Notes: generated by a model not told the origin, from the sequence alone. A stretch of 64,000 nucleotides of DNA from Desulfatiglandales bacterium (GCA_963667015.2 CAXXJJ010000004.1:2560001-2624000); one strand, 5' to 3'; shown: positions 10,621-21,139, counted from the first letter of the stretch. Translations and numbers: made by a program.

Positions 10621-11396
10621 ACTATTATCCCTTCTTTAGCGACGGTTGTGTGTGAAACCATGCCATTCTGTTCATGTCGGCCAATAACTGTCTCAATCAG
10701 GCTGCGATCGGGCTTGCCACCCTGCATTTCAATAAAACATTCCACATCTTCCATTGCCTCATCAGCACTTCCGGTCCAGTCCCATTGTGTTTCAAAATAA
10801 TCAAGAGATGGTGTTCTCCCTGCCCGGACGATAATATTATATGTGCCTTCCACACCCGGGGGAGGACCATATTTGAGACCATGAAGCCCAAATACCTCTT
10901 CCATTAACCTGTTTTCTCTCTTTCCGCCCCAGCCGATATAGACACACCATTTTTTTGAACACCATTCCATTTTATCAAGATCCTGGCGGGTCCTGACTGC
11001 CGGGGTCATTGAAGCCCATACAATATCAAAGGCCTTCTCAAAACCGTATCCGGTTATATCTATATCCTTCCATGATGACTTTACCGGGTAAACATTGCGT
11101 ATCCCGGAACGAGAGATGGAAGATACAAGGCGTTCAATCATAACCTCCGAATCATCAAGCCCGGTCACAGACTCTGCATTACCGGCCAGGGGCAGTGTAT
11201 ATGTCCCGGTACCGCACCCGATATCCAGTACTTTTGACCGGTCTATTTCCACCCCCCTGTCTTTGACAATGGAAATAATTTCATTGGTATCCGACAGCGT
11301 TTTTGTATCCAGAGGATCAGGATAGTGTGCGGCCATTCGGTCCCAGAATGCAGAGTATTTATCCTGCTGATTATATGTGCCGTTAAGGTTGTTCAT
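10608..11396 (-). CDS. Class I SAM-dependent methyltransferase
   Basis: VLDIGCGTG motif I, FDIV.ASM; start MNNLN at 11396 avoids overlap with receptor. Confidence 0.88.
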   Translation of the reverse strand: MNNLNGTYNQQDKYSAFWDRMAAHYPDPLDTKTLSDTNEIISIVKDRGVEIDRSKVLDIGCGTGTYTLPLAGNAESVTGLDDSEVMIERLVSSISRSGIRNVYPVKSSWKDIDITGYGFEKAFDIVWASMTPAVRTRQDLDKMEWCSKKWCVYIGWGGKRENRLMEEVFGLHGLKYGPPPGVEGTYNIIVRAGRTPSLDYFETQWDWTGSADEAMEDVECFIEMQGGKPDRSLIETVIGRHEQNGMVSHTTVAKEGIIVWRV

Positions 11397-11412
11397 TTCT
11401 GATTGCTCCCTG

Positions 11413-13701
11413 TTAATAGGATACCTTAAACCCTGCGCCGACATTAAACCCGGACATTGGATAGCCAAACTGCTCTTCATATTCTTCATCAAAAAGGTTT
11501 TCCGCGTAGCAGCTTAGCTCGAAATGTTCATTAACCGGGATCTTAAAGCTGATATCGGCAGTAAAATATGGATCAAGTTCAACATATTTAAAATACTGCT
11601 GTGCGGGCCAGCCGCTGGTGTAGGCATAAATGGCGCTGCGTTCTCCCACATACCTGAGTGAAATGCTCAGGCTGGACTGTTTTGGCAAAGAAAAATCAAG
11701 ACCGCCCGTGGCCTTCCAGTCCGGGAGGTAGTCGATTTCATCGGACAGGCCTGCAGTATCATAAATATCACCTTTCTTTTTTGATTTCTGAAAGGTTACT
11801 GAGGCCCTCCCTGAAAGCCACCCGGTAAATACCTTCCTGGCATCCAGTGATGCCCCGTAAATCCTGGCCTTGTCTATATTGTATACTCCCCGCCATGTGG
11901 AATTGAAGCGCATCATTATGTAGTCATCTACATTGTAATAATAGGTGGACAGGCGTATAAAACCTGATTCCTTCAGATTATGCTGATACAAAAACTCTAT
12001 GGCATTATTTTTTTCAGGTTTAAGAATCGGATTGCCGCCGGTTGCGCCTTCCGCCCACCAGTAGGTTTCCGGTAATCCCGGTGTTCTCAGTGCCTGGTAT
12101 ACTGAGGCGGTAATCCTGTCGTAATCGGTTATCAGGTAGGTTCCTGTAAATTTGGGAGTCAGGGCATTATCTTTCAATTCCGGCGATGTGCTGCCATTAA
12201 TGGATTTATTTTCATAATCATCAAACCTTAAACCGCCGGTTAAAATAAATCGATCCGAAAGCATCCATGTATCCTGTATATAATACCCCCAGCATTTACT
12301 TTCAGATGACGGCTTGAATGACAGGCTGTCCAGGGAGACCCAAGCGGCATTGTTATAGGTCAGATCTATGTGGTTTGTAGTCGTGTCGCCATAGGCAAGC
12401 GCCTTATGCTCCGCGCCTAAAAGTAATTCATGGTCACCAATGGGTTTGTTAATTTCGATGCTTCCGCCATAGGAGCGATCCGACTCTACATCCCTGTCCA
12501 GAACCAGTTCGCCATCCTGATATGCAGCATTGATATAGCTTGATGAATAATTTTTCTCATCTCGATCTTCAAAATTCTTATAGAATTTTATCTCGATATA
12601 CGCGTCATAAAATGGCTGTTTGTAGCCCATATCGATATAGTATTTGGTTTTACTCCAGGTCGCCCTTGGTCCCGGAATGAATGCAGTTCCTGAATAGGGG
12701 CTGAATGTCTCTCCAAAGGCAAGAGGATAGTCATCTTCAATCTTTTGATAAAATCCGGGATTATCCGGATCTGCAGAAGCCCTGTTTTCCCGGATAAAAC
12801 CCCGTTCTGATCCTGCATATTGAAAACCAAGGGAGAACTCACCATCCAGGGGCATGTCCAGATTGAAGAAGGCTGATAAATTCTCTCCTTTAAAATCGTT
12901 GTTCCACAGAAAAGGATCTGCCTCCTGATAGCTTGCGCCAATAGAATATCCCAAAGGACCAACCTTGTAGGTATGAGTAAGGCGATAGCTCTGAATAGAA
13001 TCAATATCTTCCCCGCCGCCATAGGTTCCATAAAAAGTCAATGTGGGATCTTCTGTGGGCTTTTTTGTTACAACATTCACTACTCCTCCCAGGGCATTGT
13101 TTCCATACCTGACAGAACTCCCGCCCCTTATCAACTCTATCTTCTGGATGTTATCCAGGGGGATAGTGCTCCAGTCGATATAATATCCGCCCACAACACC
13201 CGACGCGTTTACTGATCGGCCGTTAATATTCAGCATTATACGATTACTGGTAAATCCTCGAATAGTAAGGCTGTCAGTTGTATCGCCAACCATCGTTCTG
13301 CGTTTCAGATCGATATCGGGTTCCGATTTCAACACGTCCGGGATATTGATATTTTTACCCTTTTCTATTTTTTTTATACCCACGTTAGTACCAACCGAGC
13401 TTGTCCCTTCGCCGGCAGTTACAATTATTTCTTCAAGAGTAATTTCTTCCATGGTCAAATGTTTCTGGATTGACTCATCCTCTTTCCTGTCGTCAGTCGC
13501 AGCAAACGCCGGGATTGCCAATGTTATGAATATAAATAAAATGCCCCGGCCAGCAATCGTTCTCAGAATATTTCCGGAAAATCTATTACCCGATACACCC
13601 TTTCCATTATATGCCATTTTTCCATTTTCAGAACCTGCGCGGGTTCCGTAATTTAATACCTCATCTTTAAATTTCCACTGTTTCAGTCTCCGCATTCGCA
13701 T
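11413..13701 (-). CDS. TonB-dependent receptor
   Basis: LEEIIVTA, IRGF, I.KIELIRG..S..YG.NALGGVVN, GNP.LKPE, ENLFDEEY, terminal Y; AGGAGG 10 nt upstream of 13701; start uncertain. Confidence 0.93.
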   Translation of the reverse strand: MRMRRLKQWKFKDEVLNYGTRAGSENGKMAYNGKGVSGNRFSGNILRTIAGRGILFIFITLAIPAFAATDDRKEDESIQKHLTMEEITLEEIIVTAGEGTSSVGTNVGIKKIEKGKNINIPDVLKSEPDIDLKRRTMVGDTTDSLTIRGFTSNRIMLNINGRSVNASGVVGGYYIDWSTIPLDNIQKIELIRGGSSVRYGNNALGGVVNVVTKKPTEDPTLTFYGTYGGGEDIDSIQSYRLTHTYKVGPLGYSIGASYQEADPFLWNNDFKGENLSAFFNLDMPLDGEFSLGFQYAGSERGFIRENRASADPDNPGFYQKIEDDYPLAFGETFSPYSGTAFIPGPRATWSKTKYYIDMGYKQPFYDAYIEIKFYKNFEDRDEKNYSSSYINAAYQDGELVLDRDVESDRSYGGSIEINKPIGDHELLLGAEHKALAYGDTTTNHIDLTYNNAAWVSLDSLSFKPSSESKCWGYYIQDTWMLSDRFILTGGLRFDDYENKSINGSTSPELKDNALTPKFTGTYLITDYDRITASVYQALRTPGLPETYWWAEGATGGNPILKPEKNNAIEFLYQHNLKESGFIRLSTYYYNVDDYIMMRFNSTWRGVYNIDKARIYGASLDARKVFTGWLSGRASVTFQKSKKKGDIYDTAGLSDEIDYLPDWKATGGLDFSLPKQSSLSISLRYVGERSAIYAYTSGWPAQQYFKYVELDPYFTADISFKIPVNEHFELSCYAENLFDEEYEEQFGYPMSGFNVGAGFKVSY

Positions 13702-13968
13702 TTATCCATTTCCTCCTTCTTGATTTCTCAACCTTATAATTAAAACCTCATAAGGTACTCCCGTGACATCTTATTATGGCAATAAGAGCCACCTTGACGG
13801 GAAAGGAAAGCGGTGGTATCAAATATCCCGAAGTATTCCTTTCCCAGGAGTACTCAACCGGAAGACGGCGGAATCCCTGGCCGGTGCACGCCGTCTTCCA
13901 ACATTTCATTCAACCTGACTTAATCATCTTTTGTTACTTCCTAAGACAAACTCATCTTAAATTCACAT

Positions 13969-14022
13969 AAAAAAAGGCCACGAGGTCATACACTTTTTCA
14001 GGGTATGCGGACCTTCGTGGCC
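13969..14022 (-). terminator. Intrinsic terminator in 5' leader (attenuator), copy 2
   Basis: Minus strand GGCCACGAAGGTC...GACCTCGTGGCC followed by U7. Confidence 0.78.
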
Positions 14023-14163
14023 TTTTAAATACCGATTTATTTTTATATCGCCAATTTTCAGCGATAAATGTTTTAAAATTTATTATATACCTATGTTAGG
14101 TAGAACACGGCTTCTGCCATGAAATTATTGACGTATTTTTATTTGAGAGCACTCAAATGTCAA
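13969..14163 (-). promoter_or_regulatory. sigma70 promoter plus structured leader (candidate cis-regulatory RNA), copy 2
   Basis: TTGACA 14163-14158; hairpin CAUGGC-AGAA-GCCGUG 14106-14121; middle hairpin 14046-14066; terminator. Confidence 0.6.
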
Positions 14164-14249
14164 GTATTTTTTAAATTATAAGGTAGTTGAAGATCAAACG
14201 GTTAAAGCCAGAAAATGATGAATATTTAAATTCAGAGTGAGATGCCGGA

Positions 14250-14290
14250 GGCCCTGCCCGAAAAGATATGGGCAGGGCCGGTTAAAAAAA
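14250..14290 (-). terminator. Rho-independent terminator after lipoprotein genes
   Basis: GGCCCTGCCC...GGGCAGGGCC stem just downstream of the 14308 stop; T-tract on this strand is weak. Confidence 0.5.
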
Positions 14291-14307
14291 GGGATCATAT
14301 AGTATTT

Positions 14308-14757
14308 CTAATCATCTGATCCTACATTAGTATAATCATCCTCCGCTATCAGGTCTTCCGCTTCCTTTTCGGTTCGCCGTTCAAAGCCGCCCATTGTTTC
14401 AAGGCCAAGGTAGAAATAATATTTCTCATCCGGTTCGGCATAAAAACGGACCACATTTTCAATCCCCCCGGATAGAAATGACACGAAATGAGCTCCTGGT
14501 TTACTATTGAATCTGACATAATCACCGGATCCAAGATAGGCAATTAACTCATTGTCCAGAAATATTTGTGTCTTTACCCCGGCTCCAACTATAGTCTTTT
14601 GACGCATTACCGTCACAGTGGCAGCATCAGGACCAGTGGCATTAAGTTTTGATTTCTCCGCAACAAGACCTCCTGATGCGCAAGAGAGTAATAACATAGA
14701 ATTGAATATGAAAAATGATATTAATGATATCCTGATTAATCTCTTATTTGCAGTCAT
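14308..14757 (-). CDS. DUF2846-like lipoprotein
   Basis: Lipobox LLSC; A.V.V.R...GA....I.LD...A.L.SG.Y...PG.H pattern. Confidence 0.7.
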   Translation of the reverse strand: MTANKRLIRISLISFFIFNSMLLLSCASGGLVAEKSKLNATGPDAATVTVMRQKTIVGAGVKTQIFLDNELIAYLGSGDYVRFNSKPGAHFVSFLSGGIENVVRFYAEPDEKYYFYLGLETMGGFERRTEKEAEDLIAEDDYTNVGSDD

Positions 14758-14874
14758 ATGTTCTCCCTTATTTAAAACGCAATATTACACTGTTTATAAT
14801 ATGCGGTTATACGTAAAAAATGACATCATGTTTTCCGATTTTAATGAATATTCTGATGATACAGCATTCTCTTC

Positions 14875-15777
14875 TTATTTTTTTATTGATTCTTTAGTGA
14901 AGATCATATCATTTAATAAAAGCCCGATCCGCTGGGGACTGGCCACGAATTTTATATCCTCAGGATCGCCTGGAGCATCCGTATAATTTCTCCAGCTTAA
15001 TTCTTCTTTTTCCAGATCAATTAAACCGGCGCTTTCATAACTCCCGTCAGATTTTCGTCCGGGGATTAACATTATACCGTATGAGGTTCCGCCAGCAGAT
15101 ACCATTCCCATGGTCGCCACCCCTGTAGCAACGCCTACGGTAAAGGATACCAGGCCCTGACCGAATTTTTTACCTCCGGAAACCTTTGTTCCCCTTATAC
15201 CTATGTACATCAGGCTTGAAACATCCAGCCTTGACTTAACGACATCTACTGCTTCTTTGAATTGATCTTCACTCACTATTAAAGCAGGTCTTTCGGTTTT
15301 CCCCGAATCCTCCAGATACTTTATTATGCTTCTTTCCAGAACATATGTTGACAGGGTTGTAAGTGAATTCAGATATTCCGGATCTTCCCTGATTTTGTTG
15401 GTAACTGCGTATGGCTTAGACACTTCAGTAACGTCTTCCCCTGCCTTTTGGGCAACCTTTACCGGCAGGTTCTCGGGGTTGTCAAATGTGCCGCATACAA
15501 AGGGAATAATTTCGGTTTTTACCGGGATGCCATTCAGCTCAAGATATTCTTTAACTTTCTCAGCAACTGCAGGTGCAATTTCTTTAGACTCATCAATTAT
15601 ACAATAATCACCTTTCCCTACGACATCGACCTGAGTACATACATCTACCAGAATCGCCACACTACTGTCAGGCCCCACTATGGGCTCAGGCCTGTCCACA
15701 TATCTGAACTTGGGCCCACTTGCACAACCGGTGATCATTAAAAAAACAATAATTATTCCGAATTTACGCATGAACAT
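14875..15777 (-). CDS. Hypothetical lipoprotein
   Basis: Lipobox ITGC, 300 aa, GAGG RBS. Confidence 0.8.
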   Translation of the reverse strand: MFMRKFGIIIVFLMITGCASGPKFRYVDRPEPIVGPDSSVAILVDVCTQVDVVGKGDYCIIDESKEIAPAVAEKVKEYLELNGIPVKTEIIPFVCGTFDNPENLPVKVAQKAGEDVTEVSKPYAVTNKIREDPEYLNSLTTLSTYVLERSIIKYLEDSGKTERPALIVSEDQFKEAVDVVKSRLDVSSLMYIGIRGTKVSGGKKFGQGLVSFTVGVATGVATMGMVSAGGTSYGIMLIPGRKSDGSYESAGLIDLEKEELSWRNYTDAPGDPEDIKFVASPQRIGLLLNDMIFTKESIKK

Positions 15778-15898
15778 AGGTTTTACCTCATAATAGGATA
15801 GGTTGTATTAATTTAAAAAGGCTTGATTTTTTCAGGTATGATTAGGATACATTGCAATATTAAGTCAAGTTTTTTTTTAAAAACCTCAATGTTTTTAA

Positions 15899-16669
15899 CT
15901 ATTTAATTTCCGCCAGGGCCTTATCTATCTCCTGCTTAAAATAGGCATATGGTTTTGCCCCCCTGATATAGGTAATCCCCTTTACCTTTTCAGGGTTCTT
16001 CGGATCAACTCTGGCGATAATAAAATTCGGAACGCTTGGTATCTTCAGACTCATCCCGAGTTCAATGTTTTTATTTACAGCCGCCTCATACTTTTTTGAC
16101 CCCATGCATGCCTTAAACTTACCCATATCCAGATCAATAAAGGATGCCAGAGGATTTAAATCACCCAGAGATTCCCGCTGGGACATTATTATCTCATGCA
16201 TCTCCCGGAATTTACCCTGATCCGATGCACAGTGTACCGCCTCTGCAGCACTGGTTGCAGGGATATTGCCGGGAAGCGGATAATCCACAATAACATAGCT
16301 CAGCTTTCCGGTATCCACATAGTTCTTCAGTATTTCAGGGTAGGTTTCCATTGTGTAAAGGGCACAGTGAGAACAGGTATAATCCGAAAACTGGACCATT
16401 ATCAGTTTAGCGGAACTGCTTCCCTCTATCTCATTGCCTCCAATATCGAATTCAACATCTTTGATTTCAGGATCAGGGGTGATGTACTGGCTTTGAGCCA
16501 TCAGTTTGTTGAGCAACTCACTGTCCTTATTAATCGCATTCTGTACGCTGGCCGAATCGTCAGTTTTTTTACCTTCATCGGATTCAATATCTTCGGCTAA
16601 AGAATTATACTGCAGGCTTAATATTATCAGAAATATTGCAACAACCAGCTTGAGCAACTTACCATGCAT
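15899..16669 (-). CDS. DsbA/thioredoxin-fold exported protein
   Basis: FSDY.CSHC active site, cis-Pro SVP, GAKPY; signal peptide. Confidence 0.88.
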   Translation of the reverse strand: MHGKLLKLVVAIFLIILSLQYNSLAEDIESDEGKKTDDSASVQNAINKDSELLNKLMAQSQYITPDPEIKDVEFDIGGNEIEGSSSAKLIMVQFSDYTCSHCALYTMETYPEILKNYVDTGKLSYVIVDYPLPGNIPATSAAEAVHCASDQGKFREMHEIIMSQRESLGDLNPLASFIDLDMGKFKACMGSKKYEAAVNKNIELGMSLKIPSVPNFIIARVDPKNPEKVKGITYIRGAKPYAYFKQEIDKALAEIK

Positions 16670-16696
16670 TATTGAAACTCCTCTGTCTATACATTC

Positions 16697-16724
16697 TAAG
16701 GGCACGATGCCTCGTGCCCCTACA
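16697..16724. repeat. GTAG-type REP palindrome
   Basis: TAAGGGCACGA-TGCC-TCGTGCCCCTAC. Confidence 0.55.
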
Positions 16725-16832
16725 GTTTATGGATAGGCACTAGCTACTTCCTTTGATCCGCTGTTTTCCAGCGGGATTCAATATAACGGCAGTAGTATCT
16801 TCTATAAGTAGTATTACCGGAAAAAGTCTTTG

Positions 16833-17372
16833 TCAATCATCAATCACAAATATCATTCTGCTTAAAAAAGAATGTCTCTTTGGAGACTCCTTCAGCACCC
16901 ACCCGCGCCGGAGAAGTTCTTTTTTAATCAGTCTGTTTATAAAGCCATGACCAACGGCTACAATTCTCTGTTCATTTAACCCGACGCCTTTAAACATTTT
17001 AACAATCTGCCCTGCCCTTTTTTTTGCCTCTGAAAAGGATTCACAATTTCTGTTGAATCCGGCCAGCCACAGGATTCTTGCTGCAAAAAGCCATAGATTT
17101 GCCTTCAGATTTATTTGCGGAAACTGAATTAACGGTATCTCTGCCTCACGTAAAAAAGAGGTAACATTTATTTTATTTCCGATAAGATACCCGGTCTCAA
17201 TACTCCTCGCCAGATTACTTGTATATACAATCTTTTCTTTTAAAATGGATATATCATCAGGAATGATTCCGGATTCATTATATCTTTTTACCCATAGGGG
17301 AAAATCACGGCCTGATATTATTTCATCGGCTGATACTGTCGGCTCTGCATGACGATAGATAATGAGTTCCAT
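16833..17372 (-). CDS. Histidine phosphatase family protein
   Basis: YRHA, TS.L.RS.ET, LRE, VGHG. Confidence 0.8.
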   Translation of the reverse strand: MELIIYRHAEPTVSADEIISGRDFPLWVKRYNESGIIPDDISILKEKIVYTSNLARSIETGYLIGNKINVTSFLREAEIPLIQFPQINLKANLWLFAARILWLAGFNRNCESFSEAKKRAGQIVKMFKGVGLNEQRIVAVGHGFINRLIKKELLRRGWVLKESPKRHSFLSRMIFVIDD

Positions 17373-17534
17373 TTTTCAGTAATAAGACGAATATATATTG
17401 ATTGAATTACCGGCTTTCTATTTTTGGATTTCATTGTGCCAGGTTTCTGTAATTAATTATTTAACCTTTTTTGCCTGAAATATAAATAAAATTTAAATAA
17501 GGCAGGAGTCGGGGATATCTGAGGGTATTTGTAT

Positions 17535-19148
17535 TTAACGCTGTTTGCAGGGTTTAAAAAAAATCCGGTTACGGCCCTTATCTTTACTCTCATACAGGGC
17601 CTCATCGGCAGTTTTAATCAATTCAACCGGGGTCCCCTCAATATTTGGAATAATGCTGGAAACGCCTAAACTCAGGGTAAGATATTCATCAATCAGGGAT
17701 TTATCGTGTTTTATTTTTAAATTATATACTTGCTGTCTTATATCTTCTGCTATTTTCTGAGCGCCTTCGGATGAAGTATTTGGAAGCAGTACAACAAACT
17801 CTTCCCCGCCATAACGGGCAACAAAATCCGAGGGTCTTTTTAATACTGCCTTTATTGTTTCGGCTATTATCTTTAAACAATCATCACCCATCTGGTGTCC
17901 GTAATTATCATTGTACAATTTAAAATAATCAACATCGCACATAATGGCAGATAAATGAGATTCTTTTTGCCTGTTTGTTCGTTTCCATTCCAGGGCCAGC
18001 GTCTCATCAAAAATTCTCCGGTTATTGATGCCGGTTAATCCGTCCAGGGAAGATAACATTTCAAGCTGTCTTGTCTGGGATCCGATCTTGGCGATCATTT
18101 TATCAAAGCTGTTAGCCAGCTCCACAATGGCTCCTTTCCCGGTCATTCCTGCACGTATCTCATAATTACCCTTTTCAACCTGTTTTACATACCTGGAAAG
18201 CTGTATTACAGGCTTTATAATCAGATTTTTAATTAATAATAAGACTGCTGACAGAATTATGAACCCGACCACAACAAGAAAAACCAGGGAATATTTTATC
18301 GCTTTTAAACCATGTCTTGTAATTTCTCTTGGAAAGATTACCTCCGTTAAAAAGACCGGCTCAACCTGAAGTGATGGAAAAGACTCATACATAAATATTT
18401 TGTCCGGATTTTCTTTTTCAATATAAAACGGGTTGGATGGTGTAACTTTTTCAAATATATTTTTATATGTTTGCGGCAATTCAGCATTATTAACATGGAT
18501 AACAAAGTTTGCCCTGGTCTCATCCTTTATCTTATTCAGAATAGATTCAGAAAGCAGCTTGCCCATAACTAATGTTCCACGGGGTGGCCCGGCGTTATCT
18601 GAAGTCAGGATAGGTCTGGCGGCCAGCATCATGGGCACTCTTTCTGTTAATACAACACCTCTCCTGTATATATTTTCAAGAGAATCGGAAGAGTGGTAAT
18701 TCAATTTTAGAACGGCTGATATATCAGAGAAATCTTCAGCATTAAATCCCTTTATTTTAATCTCCTCTTCGGTCTCCAGATCATAAATCTTTCCCCAGAA
18801 TATTTCATCCGCTTCATTCAGGTAATAAATCAGATTAAGGTTCGCGGTTACAAATGATTCAACTGAAAGATTGCCATCCTTATATTCCTGTGATCCGGTT
18901 GCCATAAAATCGTAGCTGTCATCCCATGCGCCCCAGTCATGGCATGTATCATCCAAATGCCTGACCTCCTTTTTTATGGCTTCATTGACACGATTCAGAT
19001 TCCTGATGGCTTCATCATTTTCAAGGCTGATATAGCTGGGCAGGATAAAAAGACGGTTAATTGCAACCTGCATTAAGGCAAAGGAAATAAAAAGTACTCC
19101 GAAAATTATGATAATCTTGGTTTTTAACAGCATCATTACCCTCGACAC
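17535..19148 (-). CDS. CHASE4-HAMP-GGDEF diguanylate cyclase
   Basis: Two TM helices, DWGAWDD.Y (CHASE4), HAMP, D.D.FK.YND.YGH, R..D I-site, GGEEF. Confidence 0.92.
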   Translation of the reverse strand: MSRVMMLLKTKIIIIFGVLFISFALMQVAINRLFILPSYISLENDEAIRNLNRVNEAIKKEVRHLDDTCHDWGAWDDSYDFMATGSQEYKDGNLSVESFVTANLNLIYYLNEADEIFWGKIYDLETEEEIKIKGFNAEDFSDISAVLKLNYHSSDSLENIYRRGVVLTERVPMMLAARPILTSDNAGPPRGTLVMGKLLSESILNKIKDETRANFVIHVNNAELPQTYKNIFEKVTPSNPFYIEKENPDKIFMYESFPSLQVEPVFLTEVIFPREITRHGLKAIKYSLVFLVVVGFIILSAVLLLIKNLIIKPVIQLSRYVKQVEKGNYEIRAGMTGKGAIVELANSFDKMIAKIGSQTRQLEMLSSLDGLTGINNRRIFDETLALEWKRTNRQKESHLSAIMCDVDYFKLYNDNYGHQMGDDCLKIIAETIKAVLKRPSDFVARYGGEEFVVLLPNTSSEGAQKIAEDIRQQVYNLKIKHDKSLIDEYLTLSLGVSSIIPNIEGTPVELIKTADEALYESKDKGRNRIFFKPCKQR

Positions 19149-19277
19149 CTAATAAATATGACGCATCAAAATCAGGATGCCTGCTTTTTCTCTACCCGGA
19201 CGCATATGCCCTTTTAATCAGATTCTGAATCCTCTTGTATATCTTCTATATCACCGATATTTTCCTGCAACCATCGG

Positions 19278-20438
19278 TTATACTGTTTCCCTGCTGCATG
19301 TTGGTTTTCTATAGGGCAGGGAAATCTTAAAGATACTCCCTTTCCCCTTTTCCGATTCAACAGTTATTGTTCCGCCATATGATTCAATCATTTCCTTTGA
19401 TGATGCCAGGCCCAGACCTGTTCCAGTTGGTTTCCCCCTGGAAGACACAAGGGGTTTGGTGGTGTAGAAGGGATCAAATATCCTTTCCAAATCTTCAGGG
19501 GCTATACCATCTCCGGTATCCGAAACGGTTATATAGATCATCTCGCTGTCATGAGATGTGCTTATTTCCAGCTTTGGCTCCTCTGAATCATGCATGGCAT
19601 CAATAGCATTTTTAATCAGGTTTCCCAGGCTCTGGGAAAAATGGGAATAGATACCTGAATATTCCGGTAACGGCTTCAGGGTGAGTTTCTTTGAAACCTG
19701 ATGTTTAAAGAATGAACTGGCTTTAAAAAGGTTCATCTGATCTGACAGAAGCCTGTTAAAATCAATTAAAACAGCCAGAGAATTGGTTTCATTGGCGGTA
19801 TTATGTAAAATCGTCGCGATCATATCCTTCATGGTCTCAGCCGCCGTCATTAATGACAGGACCATTTTATTTCCAGGATATTCCTGTGAGATGAGATATG
19901 CATATCCCATGATTGACTGGAGGGGATTATTCAGATTATGTACTATTCCGGCAGTGTATTTCCCCAGTGCGGCCATCTTCCCCGCTTCCCAAAGCTGATT
20001 GCTTCGTATCTTGACCTGCTCATTGAGGTTATGGTTAAGACTGTTCAGACTGTCTTCCAGATTTTTAATCTTCAGGAAGATCTTTACCTTTGCCCCTAAT
20101 TCTTCAATCTCCACCGGTTTGACCAGGAAATCATCAGCACCTGCCTCATACCCTTTCAGACGGTTCTCCAGAGTTCTTTTCCCTGAAACCATAATAATCT
20201 TCAGGCCGGAGAATCTCTGATCGTCTCTTACTTTCCTGCACAGTGTGAATCCATCCATCTCCGGCATTACAATGTCCATGAGTATCAGGTCCGGGAGAAA
20301 ATACTCCAGTATCGTGAGGGCCTCCTTTCCCGAATGGGCCTCTTTGACATCATAAAGCTCTGAAAGGCTGTCTCTCATGAGACAGGCCAGAGATTTTGAG
20401 TCTTCAACAATTAATATTTTATTTTTTTGATCTTTCAT
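19278..20438 (-). CDS. Receiver-histidine kinase hybrid
   Basis: N-terminal REC (D.MP.MDG), H-box VHNLNNPL, N/G boxes. Confidence 0.92.
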   Translation of the reverse strand: MKDQKNKILIVEDSKSLACLMRDSLSELYDVKEAHSGKEALTILEYFLPDLILMDIVMPEMDGFTLCRKVRDDQRFSGLKIIMVSGKRTLENRLKGYEAGADDFLVKPVEIEELGAKVKIFLKIKNLEDSLNSLNHNLNEQVKIRSNQLWEAGKMAALGKYTAGIVHNLNNPLQSIMGYAYLISQEYPGNKMVLSLMTAAETMKDMIATILHNTANETNSLAVLIDFNRLLSDQMNLFKASSFFKHQVSKKLTLKPLPEYSGIYSHFSQSLGNLIKNAIDAMHDSEEPKLEISTSHDSEMIYITVSDTGDGIAPEDLERIFDPFYTTKPLVSSRGKPTGTGLGLASSKEMIESYGGTITVESEKGKGSIFKISLPYRKPTCSRETV

Positions 20439-20526
20439 GTTCGCCTGCCATGTTTGTTTTCAGCCTGTCATGCCTCAGCCATAAAACAGTGATCCTGATC
20501 ATCTTTTGCTTATACCTGTTCTTTTT

Positions 20527-21015
20527 TTAACTGCCTTTTTTCTTCTTTGAAATATGTTCGATAACTGATCCCATCTCTTTAATATCCAGGGGTTTAACAA
20601 TGTAGTAGATTACCTTCTGTTCTCTTGCCAGCTCTTCGATCTCACGACTATTATTGTCAGTCATCGTAATAATATGGATTTCTCCAGCCACTTCCCTGGC
20701 CCATATAACAGTGCTGAACCAGTCCCCTTCGGGAAGACCCATGTCCATAATGATCAAATCAAAGCTGTTTTTCTTTAACTTATCGAGTGCATCTTTGTAG
20801 TTTGATACAACCTGAGCACTGTGTCCGAGGAATATTACTTCCTGCGCCAGTGTACCGGCGTCATCCTGTTTATCGATAATCAGTATTGATAAACCTTCAG
20901 GAACAGCGTATTCTGTTTTCGTGTTTCCAAGCGAATCTTTCATAATACTCTCAATAAAAATCTTTGAGGCAGTTTCAAAACGTTTAAGTTTGAGCCTGAC
21001 GCAGATATTGCTCAA
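20527..21015 (-). CDS. Single-domain response regulator (atypical receiver)
   Basis: FDLIIMD..LP, YIVKP; true start probably near 20943. Confidence 0.75.
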   Translation of the reverse strand: MSNICVRLKLKRFETASKIFIESIMKDSLGNTKTEYAVPEGLSILIIDKQDDAGTLAQEVIFLGHSAQVVSNYKDALDKLKKNSFDLIIMDMGLPEGDWFSTVIWAREVAGEIHIITMTDNNSREIEELAREQKVIYYIVKPLDIKEMGSVIEHISKKKKGS

Positions 21016-21139
21016 AATCGGGCGTTTTGAAACCGGCTCCTTTATTTTTATGCAATAAAACCAGGTGCTGCTTATCGTCTGGCACTTCTAAATCCTTATC
21101 AACACCATATTAAGCACCCGGTAACCCGGACTTATATGA

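Noticed and set aside
13683..13709. Minus-strand mini ORF MDKCECGD (CxC) as a metal-sensing leader peptide
   Set aside because: ATG is only 2 nt from AGGAGG; the same SD fits the receptor start at 13701, and no equivalent exists in the other leader
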